Assembly (NCBI GenBank): GCA_964413685.1 | Contig: CAYPSW010000001.1 | Location: 365,461 to 429,460, forward strand | Source: an uncultured Chitinophagales bacterium | GTDB taxonomy: Bacteria > Bacteroidota > Bacteroidia > Chitinophagales > S012-47 | Length of the DNA: 64,000 bases | Reading direction: 5' to 3' | Made by a program: the position numbers and the translations under genes | Shown: positions 1-9,416 of the stretch, piece after piece | Layout: each line of letters opens with the position of its first letter | How positions within the stretch are numbered: the stretch's first letter is position 1 | The notes under the pieces: generated by a model | Seen by the model: only the letters and a program-made list of their open reading frames with translations | Database searches by the model: none | What the model was told of the DNA's origin: nothing

Positions 1-402
1 GTAGGTACAACCATTATTGCCATTCCTGACTCACAGACCTACAAAAACAATAAAATCAACACGGTTTATGCCGAGATTCCGCTGGAACTCAGATTTCGAA
101 CGAAACCGCTTTTTAAAAACAATCGATTAAAAATTGGAGTGGGGGTAAAAGGCGGAATGTTATTGGCAAGCCATACAAAATACGTGGGTGATGGCACTGC
201 CTTCGGTCAATTTGGCCCTGATGTAAAAATTAAAGTAGCCAAGATTCCAAACCTGTCCAAATACAGGTATGGAATTACAGGAAGAATCGGATTTGGACCT
301 TATAATTTTATTGGTTATTACGGCTTATCTACCCTTTTTAATGAAGGTAAAGGGCCAGGAATGATACCCGTTTCTATCGGGTTTACCTTCAATATGCTTT
401 AA
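1..402 (+). CDS. outer-membrane beta-barrel protein, C-terminal fragment (5' end upstream of window)
   Basis: Frame 1 is open from base 1 to the TAA at 400-402, so the ORF-track start at 139 is an artefact of the window edge. Alternating beta-strand pattern with G/Y-rich turns (YRYGITGRIGFGPYNFIGYYGLSTLF...VSIGFTFNML). A hairpin terminator follows. Confidence 0.5.
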   Translation, partial: VGTTIIAIPDSQTYKNNKINTVYAEIPLELRFRTKPLFKNNRLKIGVGVKGGMLLASHTKYVGDGTAFGQFGPDVKIKVAKIPNLSKYRYGITGRIGFGPYNFIGYYGLSTLFNEGKGPGMIPVSIGFTFNML

Positions 403-425
403 TAAAAATATTATTCATAAATTTC

Positions 426-454
426 GGGGAGGAACTTATTGCCTCCCTTTTTTT
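426..454 (+). terminator. rho-independent terminator
   Basis: GGGAGG (427-432) pairs with CCTCCC (442-447) across a 9-nt loop, followed by T7 (448-454). It lies directly after the stop at 402 and directly before the ATG at 457. Confidence 0.65.
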
Positions 455-456
455 AT

Positions 457-1197
457 ATGGAGAACAAGAAGAAAAATAAAAAAGAAGGCATCCGCCTTAA
501 CAAGTATTTAGCAAATGCAGGAATTGCTGCCAGACGTAAAGCTGATGTACTGATTAGTCAGGGTAATGTGAAAGTAAACGGCAAAGTAGTTTTGGAAATG
601 GGTTATAAAGTCCAATCCGGAGACAAGGTGACTTTCAAGGGTAAAGCAATTAAGCCACAAGGTAATATTTACGTTTTGCTTAATAAGCCAAAGGATTATA
701 TTTCAACCCTAAGCGATGAAAAAGGAAGGAAAACGGTTACTGATTTAATAAGGCTACCGGGAAGAGAAAGAATCTATCCGGTGGGTCGCCTCGATAGAAA
801 CACAACCGGTCTGCTCTTGTTAACCAATGATGGCGAACTTGCACAAGCCTTGTCACACCCTTCAAAAAATGTTAAGAAACTTTATGTTGTTGGTCTGGAC
901 AAACCGGTAAGCGCTGAGCATTTATCTGAAATTGAAAACGGGATAGAGTTGGAGGATGGTTCTGTCAAACCGGATGAAATATCTAATGTAAGAAGTGGAT
1001 TAAAAGAAGAAATCGGGCTACTGCTTCACTCTGGCCGTAACCGGGTTGTAAGACGGATATTTGAACATTTCGGTTACTGTGTTAAGAAGCTTGACCGTGT
1101 GATGTATGCTGGTTTGACTAAAAAGGATTTGACTCGTGGTAAATGGCGATATTTGACTCCAAGAGAGATTATTCGATTGAAACATTTTTTACAATAA
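457..1197 (+). CDS. rluB: 23S rRNA pseudouridine synthase, RsuA/RluB family
   Basis: S4 RNA-binding domain (IRLNKYLANAGIAARRKADVLISQGNVKVNG) plus catalytic motif GRLDRNTTGLLLLTNDG. ATG 457 is preferred to the TTG at 439, which lies inside the upstream terminator. Confidence 0.85.
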   Translation: MENKKKNKKEGIRLNKYLANAGIAARRKADVLISQGNVKVNGKVVLEMGYKVQSGDKVTFKGKAIKPQGNIYVLLNKPKDYISTLSDEKGRKTVTDLIRLPGRERIYPVGRLDRNTTGLLLLTNDGELAQALSHPSKNVKKLYVVGLDKPVSAEHLSEIENGIELEDGSVKPDEISNVRSGLKEEIGLLLHSGRNRVVRRIFEHFGYCVKKLDRVMYAGLTKKDLTRGKWRYLTPREIIRLKHFLQ

Positions 1198-1207
1198 TAT
1201 CCATCTG

Positions 1208-2446
1208 ATGAAAAAATTGTTGATCCTGATTTTACCTTTTGTTCTTCTGCAACAGGCCTGCCTCGATTTATCTGATGATCCTCTAATTTCAACTGGTCCC
1301 TGGCATGCAGTAATTGAAAACAATGGAGGTGGTTTGCCATTCGATGTGCAGGTTGAACTTGATTCAACAGGAGCATATATTTTTCATTTGCTCAATGGCG
1401 ATGAAGACATAATAGTAAATGAAGTGGAGATTGACAGCGATTCCGTTTTTATACAACTGCCGGTATTTGATTCTGAATGGAGACTTAAAATAACCAATGA
1501 AGATTTGTTGCAAGGTAACTGGATTAAATACAAAAATGTTAAACCCGTCAAAATGGCAATTAACCTCTATGCAGGAATGTCAACAAGATTTAACCGATCA
1601 GGCATGGGAAGCAGGATTGATCTAAATGGTTCATGGAGGACTGTATTCAGTCCGGACGATTCAGCAAACAGATCCGAAGCCCTTGGACGATTTCAACAAG
1701 TAGGTACCCATCTTACAGGTACTTTCCTTACAACAACAGGTGATTATCGCTATCTAGAAGGAGAAGCCGATGGAGACAGTATGTTTCTAAGTTGTTTTGA
1801 CGGTTCTCATGCTTTCCTGTTCAAAGCCGACTACCGGAACGATTCCTTATTTGGTATGTTTTGGTCAGGTGCAAGCTGGGAGGAACCTTGGATTGCTGTA
1901 CTCGATTCTACCTATTCTCTTCCTGATCCGGACTCACTCACTTTTTTGAAAGCCGGATACGATAGTGTCTCTTTTGTTTTACCAGACCCGGATAGTAATT
2001 CGATAAGTCTTGGTGATTCTGCTTTTGCAGGCAAAGTTTTAGTCATTCAGATTATGGGAACATGGTGTCCGAATTGTATGGACGAAACTGCTTTTTTGTC
2101 CGGCTATTATAATGCCCAACAGAATCCGGATCTTGAATTTATAGCCTTGGCATTTGAGCGGACGAACACATTTTTTCAAGCTATTTCAAATGTGAAACGA
2201 CTCCAAAAGCGCTTTGATATCAGGTATCCGATCCTCATGGCAGGTTTCCCTTCGAGCGAAAGAATAGCAGAAGTATTACCGATGATTGATCATTTTATGT
2301 CTTATCCCACGTCCATTTATATCGACAAGCACGGAAATGTCAGAAGAATTCACACCGGTTTTGCAGGGCCGGCAACAGGCAAGCATTTCGAAAAGTTTAA
2401 AACAGAATTTGATGATTTAATACAGCTAATGCTCACTGAATCCTGA
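1208..2446 (+). CDS. TlpA-like thiol:disulfide oxidoreductase lipoprotein with long N-terminal extension
   Basis: Signal/lipobox-like N-terminus MKKLLILILPFVLLQQAC. C-terminal thioredoxin fold with CxxC (VLVIQIMGTWCPNCMDE). About 270 aa of non-thioredoxin sequence precede it. Confidence 0.75.
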   Translation: MKKLLILILPFVLLQQACLDLSDDPLISTGPWHAVIENNGGGLPFDVQVELDSTGAYIFHLLNGDEDIIVNEVEIDSDSVFIQLPVFDSEWRLKITNEDLLQGNWIKYKNVKPVKMAINLYAGMSTRFNRSGMGSRIDLNGSWRTVFSPDDSANRSEALGRFQQVGTHLTGTFLTTTGDYRYLEGEADGDSMFLSCFDGSHAFLFKADYRNDSLFGMFWSGASWEEPWIAVLDSTYSLPDPDSLTFLKAGYDSVSFVLPDPDSNSISLGDSAFAGKVLVIQIMGTWCPNCMDETAFLSGYYNAQQNPDLEFIALAFERTNTFFQAISNVKRLQKRFDIRYPILMAGFPSSERIAEVLPMIDHFMSYPTSIYIDKHGNVRRIHTGFAGPATGKHFEKFKTEFDDLIQLMLTES

Positions 2447-2462
2447 TTAATATATGGGATGA

Positions 2463-3692
2463 TTAATTAAATTTCTTCAGCACGTCTTTCACCGCATTTT
2501 TATTTATGGTGAATGTCATCATTTTCAATTTTATATAATCTTCATCATAAAAATACCAGCCCGGGTTATTTCCATTATGTCCGCTACTACCCGAATCTTT
2601 GATAAGGAACCACCAGTGGCCATTTTCAATTTTATAGCCCACTAAGTGAATAGCATGGTCATCAGTGGTTGAATGATTACTGAAGCGAAATTGACGCGCG
2701 TTTTCATCAATATATTCGCTTGGGATATCGTAAGTCGGAACTATTGCCACATCCTGCGAGGGTACAATGCCACTTTCTGAAACGTCTCCTCCAAGATCAA
2801 CTGAATAGCCATTTTTCACCGCATTTTTAATAATATCCATGAAATCATCAAGCGGTACATTATAATAATCGGCTGAGTGCCACCAATTATCCGGTACTTT
2901 ATATTCAGCTTGAGTCCAGTAAGGTTTTTCCATCAACGACATGAAGTCAACATAATCATCAGGATTGAATTTTGCAACATCGGTCATGAATTGCATAGGG
3001 GTATAGGTTTTGCTTTTCCATTCAAATGATTCGGGTGGAACGCCAATATATTTTTTTAAAATAGAGCGAATGGTTGATAAGACTACTTCTTCATTCCATA
3101 CATGTGATGCTTTGACACTTTGCAAGTAATCATTCATTTCGTTAAATAATGGCGCATGGTTGAAATACTCCTCAACTGCAGATTTTCCGGGAAATACTTC
3201 CAGTGGAACAAGACCATATATTTTTGCCATTCTGGCAGGAGCATTCGTTTCCGATCCTTCACCAAAGGCCGACTGTCCATGGGTTCGTACAAATTCGCGG
3301 GCTTTCTCAACGTACTCCCAATATACAGTGTACATCTGTGACAGATGTATCTGTTCTTTGGTTTGACGATAAATTTCAGCTTCGTAAAATGATGAAGTAG
3401 CAAAACACCAACAAGTGCCTGTATTACCTTGTGATACAGGATCATTGCACCAAACGCTTGTGAATTCATTTACATCTTTGGGGATGTCAAGGCCATTTAA
3501 ATCAACTTTAAAAATATTGAACGGACCGTACGTAATGTTTGGATTGTGCTCAATGCTTTGTTTGATTTTGCTATAAAAGTCATTTGAATAATCAATAAAA
3601 TGACCTTTGTCATGCCGGTTGCTTTGTGCGCTGGCAGGTAGGAATGCGAATCCCATAATCAAAGCAAATAGAAAGAAAGTTTGTCTATTCAT
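2463..3692 (-). CDS. exported papain-family (C1) cysteine peptidase, aminopeptidase C/bleomycin-hydrolase-like
   Basis: Signal peptide MNRQTFFLFALIMGFAFLPASAQ, catalytic Cys motif QGNTGTCWCFA and catalytic His motif DDHAIHLVGY. Confidence 0.8.
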   Translation of the reverse strand: MNRQTFFLFALIMGFAFLPASAQSNRHDKGHFIDYSNDFYSKIKQSIEHNPNITYGPFNIFKVDLNGLDIPKDVNEFTSVWCNDPVSQGNTGTCWCFATSSFYEAEIYRQTKEQIHLSQMYTVYWEYVEKAREFVRTHGQSAFGEGSETNAPARMAKIYGLVPLEVFPGKSAVEEYFNHAPLFNEMNDYLQSVKASHVWNEEVVLSTIRSILKKYIGVPPESFEWKSKTYTPMQFMTDVAKFNPDDYVDFMSLMEKPYWTQAEYKVPDNWWHSADYYNVPLDDFMDIIKNAVKNGYSVDLGGDVSESGIVPSQDVAIVPTYDIPSEYIDENARQFRFSNHSTTDDHAIHLVGYKIENGHWWFLIKDSGSSGHNGNNPGWYFYDEDYIKLKMMTFTINKNAVKDVLKKFN

Positions 3693-3764
3693 AAGATTTG
3701 TTTTTCAAAACATAAAGGTATATAAATATAGGGCTGGAGCAAATGATTTATATTTTCATATCCA

Positions 3765-5843
3765 CTAAGAAATAAGATGGAATGCCAAAGCACTGAATGC
3801 ATAGGCAGTTGCTGTCATGTAGAATAATTGGAGGAGAGGCCATTTCCATGATTTCGTTTCGCGCCTTACGATGGCCAGTGTGCTCATACATTGCATGGCT
3901 AAGGCAAAAAACAAAAGTAAGGAGATACCAGTGGCAAGGGTATACACTGCCTCCCCGGTCACCGGATCTTTGTCTTGTAACATTTTGTCTCGAATGGATT
4001 CAATTTTTGAATCATCAGATTCGATGCTATAAATAGTTGCCATGGTACCAACAAACACTTCCCGGGCAGCAAAACTGGTTAGCAAAGCTATGCCCATTTT
4101 CCAATCGAAACCCATAGGACGAATCAGGGGTTCAATTCCTTTTCCAAATTGTCCGGCAAAAGAAGTCATTAGCTTATCATGAGCATTTCCCGGAGCAGAA
4201 TGTTCTGTATTCACTTTGCTTCCCAATCCGATATCAGCAGGGCCGAAGGAAGAGAGGAACCAAAGAACCATTGAAATAAGTAAAATAATTTTCCCCGCTT
4301 TCAAGGTAAAGAGTTTGACTTTTTCATACATGGTGAACAAAACATTTCGCCATCTTGGAGCTCTGTATAAAGGAAGTTCCATCACGAAAAATGATTCTTC
4401 ATCCCCTTTAATAATTTTGCTCAAAACAAAAGCTAGTATAAAGACCATGATTACTCCAAACAGGTAAAGGCTCATAAGCACCAAGCCCTGAAGATTAATA
4501 AAATTCAAGAGTAAGTAATTGGGAATAAACATAGCGATGACTAAAGTATATACCGGTAGCCTTGCTGAGCAGCTGATGAAAGGGGTAACCAAAATAGTTA
4601 TCAATCGATCTTTTGGATTATTGATTGAACGGGTTGACATGATAGCGGGAATAGCGCAAGCCATTCCACTGACAAGCGGAATAATAGATTTTCCATTCAA
4701 ACCAACCGATCTCATGAGCCGATCGGTTAAAAAACTAACCCGGGCCATATATCCTGAGTCTTCCATGATATTTAGTAAAGCAAATAGAATGGCAATTTGG
4801 GGAATAAAGATGATGACACCGCTTACTCCGGCCAAGAGGCCATTCACAATCAGATCAGATAACCAACCGGAGGGTAATGAGCCCGCTAACCAGGCACTCA
4901 CATGAGTAGTACCGGATTCAACCAGATGCATTGGATAAGCAGCCAGGAAAAAAATGCTTTGAAAAACTGCAAAAAGAAACATGGCCATGATGACATAACC
5001 CCATAATTTATGGGTTAGAATACGGTCAATTTTTGTTGTCATCAATTCGGTTTCCAAAACAGGCCGAGTTACAGTTTTTTCATAGATATCCGATATACGC
5101 TTATATCTAAGTAATGTCTCATGTGCTTGAAAGGCAGACAAATTAAATGAATCAGTAAGTACAATATTTCTAAGCGGAACAGCTTTTTCATCCTGCAAAT
5201 AGTCAACTCTTTCAGGGAATATGAGATGATGCAGTACTTTATATTGACTCAAATCAGGGTAGGCTATTCTGGCGGCTTTTGCAAAACCCTGAAATAATTC
5301 ATCAAAATTGACAAATGGATGTTTCGAATAGGTTAAAGTTTGTGATAAGACCTGTTTAAGTTCAACGAGTCCTCTGCCTTTTCTGGCATTGGTTGGTACA
5401 ATCGGCACCCCCAATTTATTTTCAAGGACTGCAATATCAATATGAATTCCTTCCTTTTCAATGATGTCAAACATATTCAGCGCAACAACTACCGGAATTT
5501 TCAGGTCAATTATTTGAGAACATAATAATAGATTTCTTTTCAGGTTCGAAGCATCTGCAACAATTAAAACTGCATCCGGATGATCCGGGTTGTTTTCGTC
5601 AAGAAGTATATTGTAAACTACTTCTTCATCTTTAGATTTGGGATAAATGGAATAGGTACCGGGTAAATCAATCAGTTCAATTTCTTTTTTGTTATCAGTT
5701 TTCAGTATGCCCGTTTTCTTATCAACAGTAACCCCCGGATAATTACTGATTTTTTGGCGTAAACCAGTCAAACCATTAAAAATACTGGACTTACCACAAT
5801 TTGGGTTTCCTAGTAATCCGATTTTGAGGCGTCTATTTCCCAT
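3765..5843 (-). CDS. feoB: ferrous iron transporter FeoB
   Basis: N-terminal G domain (GNPNCGKSS, DLPGTYS, NMFD) followed by a large polytopic membrane domain. The start overlaps the feoA end by 11 nt. Confidence 0.95.
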   Translation of the reverse strand: MGNRRLKIGLLGNPNCGKSSIFNGLTGLRQKISNYPGVTVDKKTGILKTDNKKEIELIDLPGTYSIYPKSKDEEVVYNILLDENNPDHPDAVLIVADASNLKRNLLLCSQIIDLKIPVVVALNMFDIIEKEGIHIDIAVLENKLGVPIVPTNARKGRGLVELKQVLSQTLTYSKHPFVNFDELFQGFAKAARIAYPDLSQYKVLHHLIFPERVDYLQDEKAVPLRNIVLTDSFNLSAFQAHETLLRYKRISDIYEKTVTRPVLETELMTTKIDRILTHKLWGYVIMAMFLFAVFQSIFFLAAYPMHLVESGTTHVSAWLAGSLPSGWLSDLIVNGLLAGVSGVIIFIPQIAILFALLNIMEDSGYMARVSFLTDRLMRSVGLNGKSIIPLVSGMACAIPAIMSTRSINNPKDRLITILVTPFISCSARLPVYTLVIAMFIPNYLLLNFINLQGLVLMSLYLFGVIMVFILAFVLSKIIKGDEESFFVMELPLYRAPRWRNVLFTMYEKVKLFTLKAGKIILLISMVLWFLSSFGPADIGLGSKVNTEHSAPGNAHDKLMTSFAGQFGKGIEPLIRPMGFDWKMGIALLTSFAAREVFVGTMATIYSIESDDSKIESIRDKMLQDKDPVTGEAVYTLATGISLLLFFALAMQCMSTLAIVRRETKSWKWPLLQLFYMTATAYAFSALAFHLIS

Positions 5844-6081
5844 CGATAATTTCTTTGCTTTTTAATTCAAGCAAGATGACAGCTGCTTCGCTCTTGCGTA
5901 ATCCCAGCATATATCCTGAGATTTTGATAGCCATAGGGTCACCCATCGGGGCAATTGACACAACCTTGATGTCAGCACCAGGAATGCATCCCATCTCCAT
6001 TAATTTTAAACTTAAAATATGATCTGCAAAACCTTTGATGATTCCGGATTCTCCCGGTTTCAAATCTGCTAATGTGCGCAA
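5833..6081 (-). CDS. feoA: ferrous iron transport protein FeoA
   Basis: 82-aa FeoA/SH3-like protein (LKPGESGIIKGF...LMEMGCIPGADIKV...GDPMAIKISG) directly upstream of and overlapping feoB. Confidence 0.85.
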   Translation of the reverse strand: MRTLADLKPGESGIIKGFADHILSLKLMEMGCIPGADIKVVSIAPMGDPMAIKISGYMLGLRKSEAAVILLELKSKEIIDGK

Positions 6082-6162
6082 TGAATCTACTGTTTAGATT
6101 GAATTTAATTTGGGCTGCAAAGTAGGGCTTTTACGGCTGTTTTGAAAACAAAGCGAAAAGTA

Positions 6163-6366
6163 TTATTGCGATGTGGCTGGAGCAAGAGCCGAAATTGTTT
6201 TAACAGAATAGAATGGATTAGAATTCTGTTGTTGTACAGGTTGCATTTGCGCCTTGCCATTATTGAACTTGGGGCAATCACAATCTTTTTTGAATAATCG
6301 GCATCCGTATATTTGAGTCAATAACATCAGACCAATCATCATCCACATTTTTATCTTATTTTTCAT
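6163..6366 (-). CDS. small Cys-containing lipoprotein, hypothetical
   Basis: 67-aa ORF with a signal peptide and lipobox (MWMMIGLMLLTQIYGC) followed by CRLFKKDCDCPKF. Same strand as feoA and 81 nt upstream of it. No family recognised. Confidence 0.4.
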   Translation of the reverse strand: MKNKIKMWMMIGLMLLTQIYGCRLFKKDCDCPKFNNGKAQMQPVQQQNSNPFYSVKTISALAPATSQ

Positions 6367-6433
6367 TTAATTTTTCAAAGGTAAAATATTCATGCATCAA
6401 TAACGATTGCATTTTCAAACTATTATTATTGAA

Positions 6434-7507
6434 ATGAAGCAGAAGCGTGTATTAATAGGAGTGCTTAATTGGGGACTAGGACATGCCTGCAGAATGATAC
6501 CTATAATGAGGGAATTAAGCAGGAGGGGCTGGACAATAGACATTGCTTCGGATGGAGCTGCATTAATTTACCTGAAAAAAGTTTTTCCAAATAGTCGGTT
6601 TTATGAATTGCCCAATTTGAATATCCACTATCAACATACCGGGTATTTATGGTTTAGCTTACTCAGACAGCTTCCCGTTTTTACCCGCTCGATAAAAGCA
6701 GATCGAGAGATGCTCACAAAATTATTAGAAGAGCAATCATACGATTTAATTTTGTCTGATAATCGCTATGGTTTTTATACAAGTAATGTTCTTTCGGTAT
6801 TAATTACTCACCAACTTTTTCCGGCCATACCGAACTTATTAGTTCCATTCAGATGGCTGATAGATCGCTGGATTAGTAAACAAATTGCCCGTTTTAATCA
6901 GGTTTGGATCCCTGATTATGCTGATATGGATATATCGTTGACCGGAATACTTTCTCATCACCATGTATCTCCTAAAGTCAGGTTTATTGGACCGGTAACA
7001 AGATTAAAACTGAATCCTTCGCGAATTGAAAAAGATATTGATCTTCTTTGTATTCTTTCGGGACCAGAGCCACAAAGAGAAATGCTGGAGGAATTGCTTA
7101 TTAAGCAACTAATCAACACGAAAGAAAGGATAATTATCATAAGAGGAATTCCGGCTGAGGAACAAATAATAGAGCCATTAAATAACTTAATCAGCAAGAT
7201 TAATTTTGTTTTGGAAGATGAATTGAAGGAATTAATGGAACGCTCAGCTTTGATCTTATCTCGTTGTGCGTATACTTCAGTTATGGATTATGTGTTGAAT
7301 GGCTGTCCGGCCATTTTGATTCCTACACCGGGCCAATGGGAACAGGAATATCTGGCTAAACACCTTGCAAGTCATCCACTATTTTATATCACTACTCAAA
7401 AAAAGATAAAGATAAGTTTAGCGATGCAAGCCCTGTCCTTACAAAGAAAGAGTAGTAAATTTTACAAGTCTTATTTCAATCAGGAATTACCGGCTGATTT
7501 ATTCTGA
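6434..7507 (+). CDS. GT-B fold glycosyltransferase (GT28/GT1 MurG-like family)
   Basis: N-terminal glycine-rich loop VLIGVLNWGLGHACRMIPI and C-terminal ILIPTPGQWEQEYLA motif, as in MurG-like transferases. ATG 6434 is preferred to the TTG at 6407. Confidence 0.65.
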   Translation: MKQKRVLIGVLNWGLGHACRMIPIMRELSRRGWTIDIASDGAALIYLKKVFPNSRFYELPNLNIHYQHTGYLWFSLLRQLPVFTRSIKADREMLTKLLEEQSYDLILSDNRYGFYTSNVLSVLITHQLFPAIPNLLVPFRWLIDRWISKQIARFNQVWIPDYADMDISLTGILSHHHVSPKVRFIGPVTRLKLNPSRIEKDIDLLCILSGPEPQREMLEELLIKQLINTKERIIIIRGIPAEEQIIEPLNNLISKINFVLEDELKELMERSALILSRCAYTSVMDYVLNGCPAILIPTPGQWEQEYLAKHLASHPLFYITTQKKIKISLAMQALSLQRKSSKFYKSYFNQELPADLF

Positions 7508-7953
7508 TAAAGTGTTTGTGCTTTTTTTGCAAGTTCAAGCAAGCCTGAAGGAGATTTAAAACCTTGTGCCGAATAAATCACTGTACCCTTATTATCAATA
7601 AAGAGCAAGGTAGGCAGTAAACTCACATTATAGATAGTACTGAAAGCAGGCCCTTCTTCCTTTTCAATATCAATTTGAAGACTAATAAAATGGGTATTAA
7701 AATATTCTGCAACGCTCGATTCAGTAAAAACCGATCGATCCATTTGGCGACAGGGCATACACCAATCAGCAAAGGCATCAATAAAGATCAGTTTATCATT
7801 GGCTGCTGCTGAATCCATCGCATTTGAAAAAGGAATATCGAGGAATGCTATCTTTTGTACACTAGCAGCATCTTTGTTTTCAGAGGGCTCATTACAAGAC
7901 CATGTCAACAGAATAAGGCAAAATATAAATAGCGGAGTTAGATGTCGAATCAT
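7480..7953 (-). CDS. exported thioredoxin-family protein
   Basis: Signal/lipobox MIRHLTPLFIFCLILLTWSC and thioredoxin active site FIDAFADWCMPCRQMD. Its 3' end overlaps the convergent GT gene by 28 nt. Confidence 0.7.
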   Translation of the reverse strand: MIRHLTPLFIFCLILLTWSCNEPSENKDAASVQKIAFLDIPFSNAMDSAAANDKLIFIDAFADWCMPCRQMDRSVFTESSVAEYFNTHFISLQIDIEKEEGPAFSTIYNVSLLPTLLFIDNKGTVIYSAQGFKSPSGLLELAKKAQTLYQNKSAGNS

Positions 7954-7973
7954 AAACGGTAAGTGCTAAGTCA

Positions 7974-8798
7974 TTAGATTTTCAGTCGATTTGCGTTAAC
8001 TCTTTCACCGTAAAACAAGCTTGCAGCTGAGTTAAACTTGCCAACATCATCAGAGGTATAAAAGGTTACTTCCGCATTTTTTGAGCAGAGTTTGTCCATT
8101 TCATTGTGACGGATCAGATAATCAGCAAGACTATCGGCCACAATCGGACCTTGAGATAAAATATTTACTTCGACAGGGATGAATTTTCGAATAGTATCTA
8201 TCAGAAAAGGATAATGTGTGCAAGCTAAAAGCAGGGTATCAATTTCCTTGCTTTTATTGAAAAGATTTTTCAAATTTTCTTCAACAAAATAATCAGCTCC
8301 CGGTGATTTCATTTCAAGGTTTTCAACTAATGGAACCCACATTGGGCAAGCTTCTTGAAACACTTCCAATTCAGGAAAAAATTGGTTGATTTCGATTAAA
8401 TATGAGTGAGATGACACGGTACCTTCCGTTCCAACAATGCCCACTTTTCCATTTTTACTATGGGTTCCAATAATTTCGGTAGTAGGGCGAATAACTCCCA
8501 GGACTTTTTTGCCGGAGTTAATGGCGGGTAGATCCCGTTGTTGAATCGTTCGAAGAGCTTTGGCTGAGGCTGTATTGCAGGCAAGAATCGTTAAGTTGCA
8601 GCCCATAGAAAAAAGTGTTTTAACACTTTGCAGGGTATATTGATAAACTGTTTCGAATGATCTTGTTCCGTATGGAGCTCGGGCGTTGTCTCCGAAATAA
8701 ATAAAATCATAGCCGGGTAATCGTTTCTGTATTGCGCTTAACACGGTTAGTCCACCGTAGCCCGAATCAAAAATACCAATTGGTGCAGCTTTGCTCAT
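7974..8798 (-). CDS. murI: glutamate racemase
   Basis: Motifs IGIFDSGYGGLTV, LACNTAS and LACTHYP (two catalytic Cys). Confidence 0.92.
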   Translation of the reverse strand: MSKAAPIGIFDSGYGGLTVLSAIQKRLPGYDFIYFGDNARAPYGTRSFETVYQYTLQSVKTLFSMGCNLTILACNTASAKALRTIQQRDLPAINSGKKVLGVIRPTTEIIGTHSKNGKVGIVGTEGTVSSHSYLIEINQFFPELEVFQEACPMWVPLVENLEMKSPGADYFVEENLKNLFNKSKEIDTLLLACTHYPFLIDTIRKFIPVEVNILSQGPIVADSLADYLIRHNEMDKLCSKNAEVTFYTSDDVGKFNSAASLFYGERVNANRLKI

Positions 8799-8861
8799 AG
8801 CGCAATCATAAAAAAACAGCCTATGCGAACATAGACTGTTTACAAGAATATTCCCAATAAC

Positions 8862-9368
8862 TTACTCAGTAATTCCAAGTTCTTTTTTCACTTCGTTCAT
8901 AATATCATCATCGTCTTCAAAATAAACCGGATTTCCGAGGCTTGTATCGAATACATATTTATAGTGTTTGGCTTTAGCAACCTTTTCAATAGCGGCATTG
9001 ATCTTATCCAAAATGGGTTGAACCAATTCTTGCTGTTTTGCTTGCAAATCTTGTTGAGCAGTTTGCTGGAACTGAGCAATCCGGTTTTCCATATCACTCA
9101 ATTCCTTGGCACGTGCATCTCTGATAGATTGTGGCAAATCTGCACTTTCCTGTTGGAATTTAGCTTTTTTGGTTAAATACTCATTAGTCATAATTGAATA
9201 GTTTGTATCTAATTGAGCAGCGTAAGCCTGCAGATCTTTTTGGAATTGATCCATTTCCGGCATCACTTGCATTAAATCTTGCTCGTTGATATGTGCTATT
9301 TGTGCAAAGCCGGTCAAGCCCCAGACGGTAAATGTAGCAAGTAGTATGCCTTTGAATATTTTTTTCAT
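8862..9368 (-). CDS. OmpH/Skp-family periplasmic chaperone
   Basis: Signal peptide MKKIFKGILLATFTVWGLTGFAQ and a Q/K/E-rich coiled-coil body. Position downstream of bamA fits. ATG 9368 is preferred to the TTG at 9398. Confidence 0.8.
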   Translation of the reverse strand: MKKIFKGILLATFTVWGLTGFAQIAHINEQDLMQVMPEMDQFQKDLQAYAAQLDTNYSIMTNEYLTKKAKFQQESADLPQSIRDARAKELSDMENRIAQFQQTAQQDLQAKQQELVQPILDKINAAIEKVAKAKHYKYVFDTSLGNPVYFEDDDDIMNEVKKELGITE

Positions 9369-9416
9369 TTTTAAATTATTTAAAGTTAGTTTAAGCAAAA
9401 AAGCGGGACAAAGATA

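Noticed and set aside
4216-4905. 83- and 128-aa ORFs antisense to feoB, and similar ones inside hisS (36448-37404), carB (22437-24822) and the C1 peptidase (3134-3469)
   Set aside because: All are contained in high-confidence genes on the other strand or frame, and none shows signal peptides, catalytic motifs or conservation-like patterns.
6082-6162. Possible Fur-type operator upstream of feoA
   Set aside because: I looked for a GATAATGATAATCATTATC-like or other clear palindrome. I found only AT-rich sequence (…TAAATTCAATCTAAA… on the minus strand), with no dyad convincing enough to report.
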